From: Dehalococcoidia bacterium
GTDB lineage: Bacteria > Chloroflexota > Dehalococcoidia > GIF9 > AB-539-J10
Length of the DNA: 64,000 bases
Assembly (NCBI GenBank): GCA_030612025.1
Contig: JAUWOR010000005.1
Location: 1-64,000 of the forward strand
Direction of reading: 5' to 3'
How positions within the stretch are numbered: the first letter of the stretch is position 1; each line of letters opens with the position of its first letter. A program made the translations under genes and the position numbers. The notes under the pieces were generated by a model. It was not told where the DNA came from, made no database searches, and worked only from the letters and a program-made list of their open reading frames with translations. Below are positions 19,377-29,249 of the stretch, piece by piece.

Positions 19377-20066
19377 ATGAATCTCAAAGCTCTTTTTAAA
19401 TTAGGTTACGGTTTGTATGTTGTGGGTTCTAGAATGGAAGGCAAGCTCAATTGTCAAATTGCCAACACAGTCTTCCAAATTACATCTGCGCCACCTGTTG
19501 TTGCTGTGAGCATCAACAAGGAAAATTTAACTCACGAGTTTATTGCCGGAAGTAAAGTATTTACCGTTTCAATTCTTTCCCAGGATGCACCTTTAAGTTT
19601 CATCGGTCATTTTGGTTTCAAATCAGGCAGGGAAGTAGACAAACTCAAAGATGTCAATTATAAGCTTGGTGAAACCAAGGCTCCCGTAGTACTTGACCAT
19701 ACCTTGGCTTATCTTGAAGCCAAGGTAGTTAATCAACTAGATGTCGGAACGCACACTATCTTTATAGGAGAGCTTGCGGAGGCGGATGTTATGAAAGAAG
19801 GCGAGCCTATGACTTATGCTTATTATCATCAGGTCAAAAGAGGCACCACTCCCAAGACAGCTCCCAGCTATATTGAGGAGAAAAAGCCGGCAGCACCAAA
19901 AATAGCGAAATACAAGTGCACTGTTTGTGATTATATCTATGACCCAGAACTGGGTGACCCCGATGGCGGAATAAAGCCTGGAACCCCCTTTGAACAAATA
20001 CCCGATGGTTGGGTGTGTCCCGTCTGCGGGGCAAGCAAGGATAAATTTGAGAAAATAGAGGAGTGA
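19377..20066 (+). CDS. High-molecular-weight rubredoxin (flavin reductase + rubredoxin)
   Basis: [14 protein letters not shown]; C-terminal [10 protein letters not shown]...WVCPVCG. Confidence 0.92.
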   Translation: MNLKALFKLGYGLYVVGSRMEGKLNCQIANTVFQITSAPPVVAVSINKENLTHEFIAGSKVFTVSILSQDAPLSFIGHFGFKSGREVDKLKDVNYKLGETKAPVVLDHTLAYLEAKVVNQLDVGTHTIFIGELAEADVMKEGEPMTYAYYHQVKRGTTPKTAPSYIEEKKPAAPKIAKYKCTVCDYIYDPELGDPDGGIKPGTPFEQIPDGWVCPVCGASKDKFEKIEE

Positions 20067-20079
20067 CGGAGGTGTAACA

Positions 20080-20487
20080 ATGATACAAAACCTGAGCAAA
20101 GAACAATTAGAAGGGATATTAGAAGCAATCCCGGTAGAAATTTCTTTCGTGGATGAAAATGATTTAGTTAAATTTTGGAATAAACACGAAACGCGAATTT
20201 TTAAACGGCCGGTTTCTGTGATTGGGAAATCAGTGCAAAATTGTCACCCAAAGCGCAGTGTGGATAAAGTAAACCAAATATTGTCCGATTTTAAGAGTGG
20301 TAAAAGAGAGATGGCGGAAATTTGGATAAATCTCGGGGAGAGGAAGGTATATATAAGATATTTTGCTGTGCGGGACAAAGCAGGCAGGTATCTGGGCACA
20401 TTGGAAGCTACCCAGGATATCACAAAGATAAAAGAGATTGAAGGAGAAAAAAGACTTTTAGAATTTAGAATATTGAAGGAGGAGTAA
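20080..20487 (+). CDS. Stand-alone PAS-fold protein (PAS_10-like)
   Basis: PVEISFVDEND, IGKSVQNCHP, YLGTLEATQDIT. Confidence 0.8.
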   Translation: MIQNLSKEQLEGILEAIPVEISFVDENDLVKFWNKHETRIFKRPVSVIGKSVQNCHPKRSVDKVNQILSDFKSGKREMAEIWINLGERKVYIRYFAVRDKAGRYLGTLEATQDITKIKEIEGEKRLLEFRILKEE

Positions 20488-21672
20488 ATGAAAGCAAGAG
20501 AAATAAGACCTAAAATCTACTCGGTTGGAGCAATTGACTGGGATAGAAGGTTATTTGATGAACTCATACCGCTTCCTGATGGAACAAGCTATAACGCATA
20601 TTTGGTGAAAGGTAGCGAAAAAATAGCGTTGATAGACACGGTGGACCCGACTATGGAGGGTGTGCTGATGAATCATCTGAGTCAACTTGGGGTTGAGAAT
20701 ATAGACTATGTTATTGCCAATCACGCTGAGCAAGATCACTCTGGCACAATTCCTCGGATTCTAGAGGTATATTCCAATGCTAAAGTAGTGACAACACCCA
20801 AAGGCAAGGGCATGCTTATGGATCTACTACTTATTGCAGAGGATAGGTTCATCACTGTAAGCGATGGTGAGACTTTGTCCCTGGGGAATAAGACTTTAGA
20901 ATTTATCCATGCCCCCTGGGTTCACTGGCCAGAGACCATGCTTACATATTTAAGGGAAGACAAGATACTTTTTACCTGTGATTTTCTTGGTTCTCATCTG
21001 GCAACAAGCGCTCTGTTTGTGACCGATGAGGCAACGGTCTATGAGGCAGCTAAGAGATACTACGCCGAAATCATGATGCCGTTCAGGACAACAATTAAGA
21101 AAAACCTGGAGAAGATAAAAGATCTGGAGATAGAGATAATCGCACCAAGTCATGGTCCAGCCTATGATAAGCCGGACTTTATTCTCAATGCTTACAGGGA
21201 GTGGACTTCTGACGAGGTAAAGAATGAAGTGGTTATACCTTACATCTCAATGCATGGCAGCACTCAAAAGATGGTAGAATATCTCGTTGGAGCTTTAGCT
21301 GATAGAGGTGTTACAGTTAAACAATTCAATTTAGTCGCAGCCGATGTCGGAAAATTGGCCATAGCATTGGTGGATGCAGCCACTATAGTCATTGGCACTC
21401 CTACCGTTCTCGTTGGTCCGCATCCCAATGTGGCTTATGCGGCATTTTTAGCCAATGCCTTAAGACCTAAACTTCGGTTCGTCTCCGTAATCGGCTCCTA
21501 TGGCTGGGGCAGTAAGGCTGTAGAGCAGCTCAGTGGAATGATTCCCAATCTCAAGGTAGAAGTATTAGACCCTGTAATCAGCAGGGGATTCCCCAAAGAA
21601 GCGGATTTCAAGGCTCTGGATAACTTAGCCAACACCATTGCAGAAAAGCATAAAGGGCATGGCTTTGCTTGA
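20488..21672 (+). CDS. fprA: Flavodiiron protein (O2/NO reductase)
   Basis: HAEQDH, HWPE, CDFLG, PSHG, flavodoxin domain with GSYGW. Confidence 0.95.
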   Translation: MKAREIRPKIYSVGAIDWDRRLFDELIPLPDGTSYNAYLVKGSEKIALIDTVDPTMEGVLMNHLSQLGVENIDYVIANHAEQDHSGTIPRILEVYSNAKVVTTPKGKGMLMDLLLIAEDRFITVSDGETLSLGNKTLEFIHAPWVHWPETMLTYLREDKILFTCDFLGSHLATSALFVTDEATVYEAAKRYYAEIMMPFRTTIKKNLEKIKDLEIEIIAPSHGPAYDKPDFILNAYREWTSDEVKNEVVIPYISMHGSTQKMVEYLVGALADRGVTVKQFNLVAADVGKLAIALVDAATIVIGTPTVLVGPHPNVAYAAFLANALRPKLRFVSVIGSYGWGSKAVEQLSGMIPNLKVEVLDPVISRGFPKEADFKALDNLANTIAEKHKGHGFA

Positions 21673-21705
21673 TAATGTTTTACTGAAAGGGAAAGGAGGT
21701 GAAAA

Positions 21706-22149
21706 ATGCCCAAAGTAATAATAATTTATGACACCAGAAGTGGCAGTACAGGAATGATGGCGAAAGCGGTGGAAGAGGGGATGAAGCAAGCTGGAGGTGA
21801 AGTCCTATCGAAAAGGAGTGTCAGTGCAAAGGCAGATGACCTTGCAGATATTGATGCTGTAGTTCTTGGCGCTCCGACCTATCATCATGACCTGATAGGT
21901 TCGATGAAGACATTCCTTTTCGAGATGGAGAAGGCAGACTTAAAAGGGAAGGCTGGAGCAGCATTTGGGTCCTATGGATGGAGCGGCGAATCCGTCCAGA
22001 TGATGACTGATACCATGAAGCATATCTTTGGAATGAACGTGATAGAGCCGGGATTGAAAATGCTGCGCCGACCGAGTGAGCGCGGCTTAGAGCAATGCCA
22101 AGAATTCGGAAGAACAGTTGTTGAGAAAGTACAAGAAACGAAAAGTTAG
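21706..22149 (+). CDS. Flavodoxin
   Basis: YDTRSGST, GAPTY, FGSYGWSGE. Confidence 0.9.
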   Translation: MPKVIIIYDTRSGSTGMMAKAVEEGMKQAGGEVLSKRSVSAKADDLADIDAVVLGAPTYHHDLIGSMKTFLFEMEKADLKGKAGAAFGSYGWSGESVQMMTDTMKHIFGMNVIEPGLKMLRRPSERGLEQCQEFGRTVVEKVQETKS

Positions 22150-22155
22150 GGGGCG

Positions 22156-22431
22156 ATGGGAGTCATGCTTGGTGGATGTCCGGGAGCCGATAAAATTAAA
22201 AATCCCGTTCCTTATTATAAGAAGTGTTCTCGATGTGGCGAGGATGTTGAGATATGGAGTGATGAATTCTATGCTAAGTGTCCTAAGTGTGGGGAAATTG
22301 TGCTTGGGGAAAATGTTCCTTCCTGTGTAGAGTGGTGCAAATATGCCAGGGAGTGTCTTGGGTTAAGGAGATATAATCGCTTGATGGAAGAAAAGAAAGT
22401 GTACGACAGATTAATTCGAGAAAGAAGTTAA
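22156..22431 (+). CDS. Small Cys-rich double Zn-ribbon-like protein
   Basis: CPG...CSRCG...EIWSDE...CPKCG...SCVEWCKYARECLG (8 Cys). Confidence 0.8.
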   Translation: MGVMLGGCPGADKIKNPVPYYKKCSRCGEDVEIWSDEFYAKCPKCGEIVLGENVPSCVEWCKYARECLGLRRYNRLMEEKKVYDRLIRERS

Positions 22432-22440
22432 GGAGTAAGA

Positions 22441-22830
22441 ATGAGTGAGGTAAGAGATCTATTAAAGAAATCAGGATATTCAGATAAAGCGATAGAATAT
22501 TATGAAAAAAGGGTAAATGTTGGAGACATAAAAAATCCTGATGCATATTTTTCTTACACTGGTCCGTGTGGCGACACGATGGAGATTTATTTAAAAATTG
22601 AGTCTAGTGTAATCATTGATGCAAAATTCAGAGCAATAGGATGTGCCGGCTCTTTCGTATCTGGTTCTGCTCTTACTGAAATGATAAAAGGGAAGACATT
22701 GGAAGAAGCAGAAGAAATAGATGAAGGAGATATATTAAACCATCTTGAAGGTGTCCCAGCACCAAAAGTTCATTGTGCTTGCTTAACTAAGAGGACTTTG
22801 CAAAAAACGATTAAACGATATAAGGGGTAA
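22441..22830 (+). CDS. IscU/NifU-N type Fe-S scaffold protein
   Basis: GPCGD, IGCAG, KVHCA. Confidence 0.9.
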   Translation: MSEVRDLLKKSGYSDKAIEYYEKRVNVGDIKNPDAYFSYTGPCGDTMEIYLKIESSVIIDAKFRAIGCAGSFVSGSALTEMIKGKTLEEAEEIDEGDILNHLEGVPAPKVHCACLTKRTLQKTIKRYKG

Positions 22831-22870
22831 GAAACGGATTAAGAAGGATATAAATAAAGGAGGTGAAAAA

Positions 22871-23218
22871 ATGAAGTTTGGAGACGTTCTAAAAAGCAAA
22901 GAGGCTGAGGGGAAGGAAAAACATGTCCCAATAATCGAGGTCGGCAAGGGGAGGGGAGAGGCAGGTGCAGACATCGTACACGTAGTAGTGGGGAAGGAAA
23001 CTCCTCATCCCAACACCTTGGAACATCATATTGCCTGGATAGAGCTGTATGGGGTGAAAAAGGATGGACAGGTAATAAACCTCGGTCGTTCTACCTTTGC
23101 GCCTTCCTATACCAATCCCAACGTCAGGTTTCAGGTGCCAGTGCAAGAATTTAAGTCCTTCTGTGCTCTTTCCTATTGCAACATACATGGTGTATGGGAA
23201 AACTGTTTGGAAGTTTAG
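22871..23218 (+). CDS. Superoxide reductase (neelaredoxin type)
   Basis: EKHVP, HPNTLEHHI, YCNIHG. Confidence 0.93.
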   Translation: MKFGDVLKSKEAEGKEKHVPIIEVGKGRGEAGADIVHVVVGKETPHPNTLEHHIAWIELYGVKKDGQVINLGRSTFAPSYTNPNVRFQVPVQEFKSFCALSYCNIHGVWENCLEV

Positions 23219-23308
23219 GCAGGGTTAATAAAAAAGGAGGGTTAATAATATGTAGGCTGGGCAAGTAGGTCACTGAGAGAAAGAAGCTAAAAACAAGGGA
23301 GGTACAAA

Positions 23309-23959
23309 ATGGAAGAAGTAGGAGAGCGAGTAATCAGTCTACCTCGGCTAGGTGAGCCAGCACCAGCTTTTGAAGTAGTAACCACTCACGGGGTGCTCAA
23401 GCTGGAGGATTTCAGGGGAAGCTGGCTGATTCTCTTTTCCCACCCGGCGGATTTTACCCCAGTGTGCACCACTGAGTTCATGGCTTTCGCCGAGATCTAT
23501 CCAGAACTGCAGAAGCGTGGTGCGGAGCTTCTGGGCTTGAGTGTGGACAGCGTTTCCTCGCATATTGCCTGGGTGCGCAATATAGAGGAGAAAACAGGGG
23601 TAAAGATACCATTCCCGATTATCGCTGACCTGAGCAAGGAGGTTTCTCTCGCCTATGGTATGATTCACCCGGGTCAGAGCAAGACCGAGACTGTCAGGTG
23701 CGTGTTCATAATCGACCCTAACCAGATTATCAGGACAATACTCTATTACCCGCTGACAACGGGCAGGAATATGGATGAAATACTGAGAATAATAGACGCG
23801 CTGCAAACAACAGACAAAAATGCGGTAGCTACTCCAGCTAACTGGCGACCGGGTGATACGGTAGTAGTTCCACCACCAAACACGCAGGAAATGGCTGAAG
23901 AGAGACTCAAGCAAGGGTACGAGTGTATTGATTGGTATCTCTGTAAGAAAAAGCTTTAG
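23309..23959 (+). CDS. Peroxiredoxin (Prx6 type)
   Basis: FSHPADFTPVCTTE, TPANW. Confidence 0.95.
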   Translation: MEEVGERVISLPRLGEPAPAFEVVTTHGVLKLEDFRGSWLILFSHPADFTPVCTTEFMAFAEIYPELQKRGAELLGLSVDSVSSHIAWVRNIEEKTGVKIPFPIIADLSKEVSLAYGMIHPGQSKTETVRCVFIIDPNQIIRTILYYPLTTGRNMDEILRIIDALQTTDKNAVATPANWRPGDTVVVPPPNTQEMAEERLKQGYECIDWYLCKKKL

Positions 23960-23978
23960 GCAAAAATAGGAGGGTAAT

Positions 23979-24200
23979 ATGGCATGCATTAGCCCTGACG
24001 GAAAACCTACAGAGTCAGGCACTAGGATGCTCCGTGCACTACAATCGGGACTGAGGTCTCCCGAAGAAATTGCCGAGGAGGCTAGTCTCCCGCTATTCAG
24101 AGTGAGGAGTGGGCTTCGCGAACTTATCCAAGCTGGATTAGCTAACCAAAAAGCTGAGGAGTACGAGCTTACTGAAAAGGGAACTGAGCTGATAAAGTAG
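23979..24200 (+). CDS. Small winged-helix protein
   Basis: GGAGG SD; PEEIAEEASLPLFRVRSGLREL...YELTEKG. Confidence 0.75.
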   Translation: MACISPDGKPTESGTRMLRALQSGLRSPEEIAEEASLPLFRVRSGLRELIQAGLANQKAEEYELTEKGTELIK

Positions 24201-24382
24201 CATCTCAGGCGAGACTTCATAACGACGGTTAGTTGTTTCTATCTTATATAATGATTTATATCTTCCTGGCCAATGTCTCGTTGTTGGGCATACGCCTCTG
24301 CATTTGCCACGCCGACTACTAGCGTCAGAACTAAGCTAAACGCTGCTCCTGAGCTACATTCAGATTGTCAGATTTATAGCAC

Positions 24383-24412
24383 TTGACAAATTAGTAAGAA
24401 AAATCATACAAT
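24383..24412 (+). promoter_or_regulatory. Putative sigma70 promoter
   Basis: TTGACA-18 nt-TACAAT. Confidence 0.55.
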
Positions 24413-24439
24413 ACTGACATAACTTTTCAGGAGGCAAAT

Positions 24440-24730
24440 ATGGAGCAGGAGCATAAAGGCCTAATAGGTAAGTGCTTTGGTTCTACCACAGTTGGTCCTC
24501 GAGGACAGCTGGTGATTCCGGTAGAAGCCCGGAAGGAACTGAGCATAGATGTGGGTACCAAGCTTTTGGTTTTCAGTCACTTTGGAGGTAGGGGACTTAT
24601 CTTTGTCAAGGTTGGGGCAGTGGAAGAGCTACTTAATATCATGAGCCGCCGGCTCACGGAGTTTACCAAGTTGCTCACGGAAACTGAAACTGCCGATATT
24701 GGGACAGAGAATGAAGGCAAGCGAGGTTAA
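24440..24730 (+). CDS. AbrB/MazE/SpoVT family DNA-binding protein
   Basis: TTVGPRGQLVIPVEARKEL. Confidence 0.88.
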   Translation: MEQEHKGLIGKCFGSTTVGPRGQLVIPVEARKELSIDVGTKLLVFSHFGGRGLIFVKVGAVEELLNIMSRRLTEFTKLLTETETADIGTENEGKRG

Positions 24731-24831
24731 TAGCCTGACCAAAACACATAGTGCAGTTATTTTTGCCAGATACTATAAAATTGCTGTTATAATGAGTGAT
24801 TTGTCAAAATAGAGAAGGGGTAAAAACAAAA

Positions 24832-26058
24832 ATGAAGAAATGGCTAAGTCTAATAGTGTCAATTTGCTTGTTGGGTGCAGTTTTCACTGGTTGTGCTAGG
24901 TCGCAGAATGTACCTCAAGAAACCGCTGAGGTTATCCGAGGTGACTTGACCATAAGTGTTTCTGTCAGCGGTAACTTAGAAACGCCACAGAAGACGGATT
25001 TATCCTTCGGTACTGCAGGCATGGTGGCAGAGGTATTGGTGGATGAAGGGGATAGGGTAGTAAAAGGCCAACTACTAGCTAAGCTCGAAGCTAGCTCCTT
25101 GGAATTAAGTGTAGAAATGGCACAGGCTAGATATGAATTGGCACAGACCGACTACGAAATAGCTCAAAATCAGCTAATGCGAACGATCTATCCTCTCTAC
25201 ACCAATGCTTATATCAGCGATTTACCGGGGACATGGCTGGCTCTGGAGGAAGCTCTAGATGACCTGGAAGAGGCGCAAAGGCTTATGGAGCAAGGAAAAG
25301 CTGAGGAGGTGCAAGCTCAATTAGAATTGGTTAAGGCAAGTCTAGCTAAGGCTAAAGAGAAATTGCACTCCAAAAGATGGGCCTTTCCCCTTTCAGTTAA
25401 GTTAATAGAGCTACAGACAGATCAAGCCAAGACAGCTTTAGACATGGCTGAGCTAGAGTTAGCCAAGGCCAGGGTTGAATTAGGTAAAGCAACAATCACC
25501 GCTTCTTTCGATGGCATTGTAACTGACATTTATATAAATGAAGGACAGCAGCTTTCATCCATGACATACGCCAATCCGGCAATCTGCTTACTTGACCCCA
25601 GCGAGATAAAAATGAATGGCGTCATTGATGAGATGGACATCTCCAAGCTGAAGCTAGGACAGGAGGCAGATATCATTTTAGATGCTTTGCCTGATAAAGA
25701 AGTAAAGGGCAGGGTAACTTTTATCTCCCAAGCGGGAACGATTCAGGCAGGAGTGGTATCCTACAAAACCACGGTAACTTTGGAAAATCCTGATGAAGAG
25801 CTCAGGGATGGCATGAGCGCTACTGCTGAAATCATCATTGACCACCACGAGAATGTATTGCTGATACCAAATCGAGCTATCCAGGGTAGTTGGGATAGTC
25901 CGTGGGTGGAAGTTCTTGCAGATGAACAAGTCGAGCAAAGGCGAGTTGAGTTGGGCTTGAGCGACGGGATAAAGACTGAGGTACTATCCGGGCTGGAGGA
26001 AGGAGAAAGTGTAATCTTTGCTGAGTCACAGTTGCCCTTCAGGATGTTTGGTGGCTGA
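24832..26058 (+). CDS. Efflux membrane-fusion (MacA-like) lipoprotein
   Basis: Lipobox FTGC, lipoyl halves (GMVAEVLVDEGDRV, ITASFDG), coiled coil, LLIPNRAI. Confidence 0.9.
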   Translation: MKKWLSLIVSICLLGAVFTGCARSQNVPQETAEVIRGDLTISVSVSGNLETPQKTDLSFGTAGMVAEVLVDEGDRVVKGQLLAKLEASSLELSVEMAQARYELAQTDYEIAQNQLMRTIYPLYTNAYISDLPGTWLALEEALDDLEEAQRLMEQGKAEEVQAQLELVKASLAKAKEKLHSKRWAFPLSVKLIELQTDQAKTALDMAELELAKARVELGKATITASFDGIVTDIYINEGQQLSSMTYANPAICLLDPSEIKMNGVIDEMDISKLKLGQEADIILDALPDKEVKGRVTFISQAGTIQAGVVSYKTTVTLENPDEELRDGMSATAEIIIDHHENVLLIPNRAIQGSWDSPWVEVLADEQVEQRRVELGLSDGIKTEVLSGLEEGESVIFAESQLPFRMFGG

Positions 26059-26061
26059 TAG

Positions 26062-26724
26062 ATGGTTGAGCTTGAGAGTATAACAAAAGTGTATAAAGCA
26101 GGTCGAACGGAGGTTCCTGCTCTGCGGGGAATAAGTTGTCGCATCAAGCCAGGGGAAATTGTAGCTATTATGGGGCCTTCTGGATCGGGGAAATCCACCC
26201 TGATGAATATCATCGGATGCCTTGATAAAGCTACTTCGGGGCAATATCGATTAGATGGTATTGAAGTAAGTAAGCTCAGTGATAATAAGTTAGCTGAGAT
26301 AAGAAATAAAAAGATAGGTTTTGTCTTTCAAAGCTTCAACTTATTGCCCCGGACTACGGCTCTGGCAAATGTGGAATTGCCGCTTATTTATAGTGGAAGT
26401 GGTAACCGGCGTCAAAGGGCTTTACAAGCTCTGGAATCTGTGGGACTAGCTCATCGAATTAAGCATAGGCCAAGCGAACTAGCCGGTGGAGAGCAACAGA
26501 GAGTGGCCATTGCTCGGGCTTTAGTAAATGACCCTGCGCTTATTTTGGCTGATGAGCCTACAGGTAACCTTGATACCACCACTAGCAAGGAACTTATGCT
26601 TCTGTTTAAGCAACTAAACCAGCGGGGGATAACAATCGTTTTGGTTACTCATGAGCCATATATTGCTGCTTATACCCAACGTACTATCAGGATTCGTGAC
26701 GGTCAAATTGAGGCGTCAGGATGA
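26062..26724 (+). CDS. ABC transporter ATP-binding protein (MacB/LolD type)
   Basis: [28 protein letters not shown]. Confidence 0.95.
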   Translation: MVELESITKVYKAGRTEVPALRGISCRIKPGEIVAIMGPSGSGKSTLMNIIGCLDKATSGQYRLDGIEVSKLSDNKLAEIRNKKIGFVFQSFNLLPRTTALANVELPLIYSGSGNRRQRALQALESVGLAHRIKHRPSELAGGEQQRVAIARALVNDPALILADEPTGNLDTTTSKELMLLFKQLNQRGITIVLVTHEPYIAAYTQRTIRIRDGQIEASG

Positions 26725-27968
26725 AGATCGGGGTTTGTTTCGCCACTGCATTGAAGACTTTGTTAAGTCACAAAATGCGTTCAATCTTGACCATGTTGGG
26801 CATTTTGATTGGCGTGGCTGCAGTTATCTCCATGGTATCCTTGGTCAGAGCAGAGCAGGCTATGGTGCAGCAATCATTCGAGTCGTTGGGTACTAATCTT
26901 ATATTTGTCACTCCTGGTGCCCCTAGTGGTAGGATGGGAATGGGGGGCGTGCTCGGCACCACCCAAACGTTAACTTTAGAGGATGCTGAAGCAATCGCCC
27001 GTGATGCACCTTCTGTATCGATGGTGGCACCGATGACGCAAACCACGACTCAGATAGTGGCTGGAGGGGAAAATATTGGCTGCCTGACCCTTGGTGTAAC
27101 CCCTGAGTATCAGCATGTGCGTAACTTTGAAGTTGACCAAGGTTCCTTTATCACTGAGCAAGATTACAAGGGAAGAGCTAGAGTAATTGTTTTGGGGAAC
27201 CAGCTAGCTAAAACTCTTTTTGGGCAAATATCCCCGGTGGGTCAAAGTGTAAGAATTAACGGACGCCAATTTAGAGTTATTGGTGTTCTTAAGGGTAAAG
27301 GAGAGGTTTTTGGGGTTGAGGACCAGTCAGCGATGGTTCCTCTAAGCACAGCACAGGCGGTTATATCGTCTGAGCGTGCTGGCAGCGGTGGACATACTGT
27401 TCAGTCGATTTCTGTCCAGGCGCGAAGTAAGGAAGCAATAGACGCGGCGCATTGGGAGATTAGCAACATTTTGCGGCAGCGCCATCGCATCATAGAAGGG
27501 GAGGATGATGACTTCACCGTTATGAGTATGGATGCCCTATTAGGCACCGCTGACCAGATGTATGTGATAGGAGAGCTTATTATGGGGGCTATAGCTGGCA
27601 TTTCATTGCTTGTTGGTGGCATCGGCATAATGAATATCATGCTTGTCTCGGTAACCGAGCGCACCAGAGAAATTGGTCTTCGTAAGGCGGTAGGGGCAAA
27701 GCGTCGTGATATTACCACTCAGTTTCTTACTGAAGCTACTGTGTTAAGTTTTTGTGGTGGTGCTATGGGGGTGGGCTTGGGATGGCTTATAGTTAGAGTC
27801 AGTGCTAATGCGTTGGCAAATATGGGGCTTCCCTTTCCAGCTATAGTTCCGAGTGATGTCATTGCTCTGGCGGTAGGGGTAGCAATCTTGGTTGGACTTG
27901 TCTCTGGCATTTATCCCGCGATTAGAGCTGCTAGGCTTGACCCCATTGAAGCCTTGCGCCACGAGTAA
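26721..27968 (+). CDS. MacB/FtsX-like ABC permease
   Basis: [32 protein letters not shown]. Confidence 0.95.
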   Translation: MKIGVCFATALKTLLSHKMRSILTMLGILIGVAAVISMVSLVRAEQAMVQQSFESLGTNLIFVTPGAPSGRMGMGGVLGTTQTLTLEDAEAIARDAPSVSMVAPMTQTTTQIVAGGENIGCLTLGVTPEYQHVRNFEVDQGSFITEQDYKGRARVIVLGNQLAKTLFGQISPVGQSVRINGRQFRVIGVLKGKGEVFGVEDQSAMVPLSTAQAVISSERAGSGGHTVQSISVQARSKEAIDAAHWEISNILRQRHRIIEGEDDDFTVMSMDALLGTADQMYVIGELIMGAIAGISLLVGGIGIMNIMLVSVTERTREIGLRKAVGAKRRDITTQFLTEATVLSFCGGAMGVGLGWLIVRVSANALANMGLPFPAIVPSDVIALAVGVAILVGLVSGIYPAIRAARLDPIEALRHE

Positions 27969-28056
27969 AAAATTAAAACTCAAAGATAAGAAATCAAAAT
28001 GTAAAACTTTTTAATTTTTGCTCTGTATTTTTGCCTTTTGCCTTTTAATCTTTTAT
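27966..28056. repeat. AT-rich 7-nt-period inverted repeat (family H) between convergent genes
   Basis: AAAACTC AAAGATA AGAAATC AAAATGT ... TTTTGCC TTTTGCC TTTTAAT. Confidence 0.7.
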
Positions 28057-28626
28057 TTAGCTTTTCCCTTGAATTAAGGACAAAAACTCAGAGCGGGTAA
28101 CTGCTTTACTGCGAAAAGTTCCCCTCATTGCTGAGGTTATCACATTCGTCCCCGGCTTTTTTATCCCTCGCATAATCATGCATAAATGCTCTGCTTGAAT
28201 AACCACACCTACGCCATCAGGTTGAAGAGCTTCGAAGATCGCATCAGCAATCTGCTTAGTCATTCTTTCTTGAAGCTGAGGGCGCCTGGCAAAGATCTCT
28301 ACTACTCTGGCTAGCTTACTTATCCCTACCACTTTACCATCTGCGCCAGGGATATAGCCTACGTGAGCCACTCCGTAAAAGGGAAGCAAATGATGCTCAC
28401 ACATAGAATAGAAAGGGATATCCCTCAAAATTACCAACTCTTTGTGTCTTTCCTCAAAGCCCACTGTTAGCTCAGTTTTTGGGTCGGCATCCAAGCCAGA
28501 AAAAAGCTCAGCATACATTTCAGCGATGCGCTGCGGGGTATCTTTCATAGCTTCTCTAGAGATATCCTCCCCGATGGCCTCAATTATAGAGACTGCCGCA
28601 AGCTTGATTTTATCCTGGTTAACCAT
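28057..28626 (-). CDS. folE: GTP cyclohydrolase I
   Basis: [26 protein letters not shown]. Confidence 0.97.
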   Translation of the reverse strand: MVNQDKIKLAAVSIIEAIGEDISREAMKDTPQRIAEMYAELFSGLDADPKTELTVGFEERHKELVILRDIPFYSMCEHHLLPFYGVAHVGYIPGADGKVVGISKLARVVEIFARRPQLQERMTKQIADAIFEALQPDGVGVVIQAEHLCMIMRGIKKPGTNVITSAMRGTFRSKAVTRSEFLSLIQGKS

Positions 28627-29197
28627 TTAAATCCCCCCTTTTGATAAGCTGAAGGCTATCTTTATCTGTTGTGGCATAAAATTCTTCTGAACCAAGGTAA
28701 AGAATTGGCTTTATCTTAGCAAGGTCGAGAATTTCCTCTGAGGTGAAGGCTTCTTCAAGGAAATGCAGAGCGACAATCTCACCAACCACCCAAATATGGT
28801 CACCGTAAGACTTACTATCCACAAGTTTACATTCATAAGCGGCATAAGCATCTTTCAATATAGGTATCTCAGTTCTTAAGGGCTTCTCCTTCTCAATAGC
28901 AAACCTTTCAAATTTATCTGTTTCCTGTCCTGAGGTGCCGCCAACTTTGGCAGCAAGGGAAGCTTTTTGCCAGGGCATAAAATTAATGCCAAACTCCTTG
29001 CTCTCAGTGATAAGCTGGTAGGTAAATCTCTTAGGTGAGATGGAGACGCCGTAAAGAGGTGGATGGCGAGAAATTGAGCTGTGCCAGGCAGCAGTCATGG
29101 CATTATCTTTGCCGCGAGCACTGGCAGTAACTATGACCGCTATTTTAGGGTAATGCTGGCTAAATTTTCCCACTTTCTCCGTAACAATCTTCGGCAT
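28619..29197 (-). CDS. Flavin reductase-like (flavoredoxin) protein
   Basis: NAMTAAW, SG...DKF, YECKL, GDH. Confidence 0.88.
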   Translation of the reverse strand: MPKIVTEKVGKFSQHYPKIAVIVTASARGKDNAMTAAWHSSISRHPPLYGVSISPKRFTYQLITESKEFGINFMPWQKASLAAKVGGTSGQETDKFERFAIEKEKPLRTEIPILKDAYAAYECKLVDSKSYGDHIWVVGEIVALHFLEEAFTSEEILDLAKIKPILYLGSEEFYATTDKDSLQLIKRGDLNG

Positions 29198-29221
29198 ATT
29201 TGAACCTCCTTTTTCTTTTAA

Positions 29222-29247
29222 GCACGAGGCTAAAGCCTCGCACTACA
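29222..29247. repeat. GTAG-type REP palindrome
   Basis: Minus strand TGTAGTGCGAGGCTTTAGCCTCGTGC. Confidence 0.75.
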
Positions 29248-29249
29248 CA

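Noticed and set aside
18664-24200. Selenocysteine or pyrrolysine read-through in the redox genes
   Set aside because: The ORFs appear full length with Cys at the catalytic positions, and I saw no in-frame TGA or TAG continuing into homologous sequence.
23348-24220. 290-aa minus-strand ORF
   Set aside because: It is an antisense shadow of the peroxiredoxin and wHTH genes and has no motifs.
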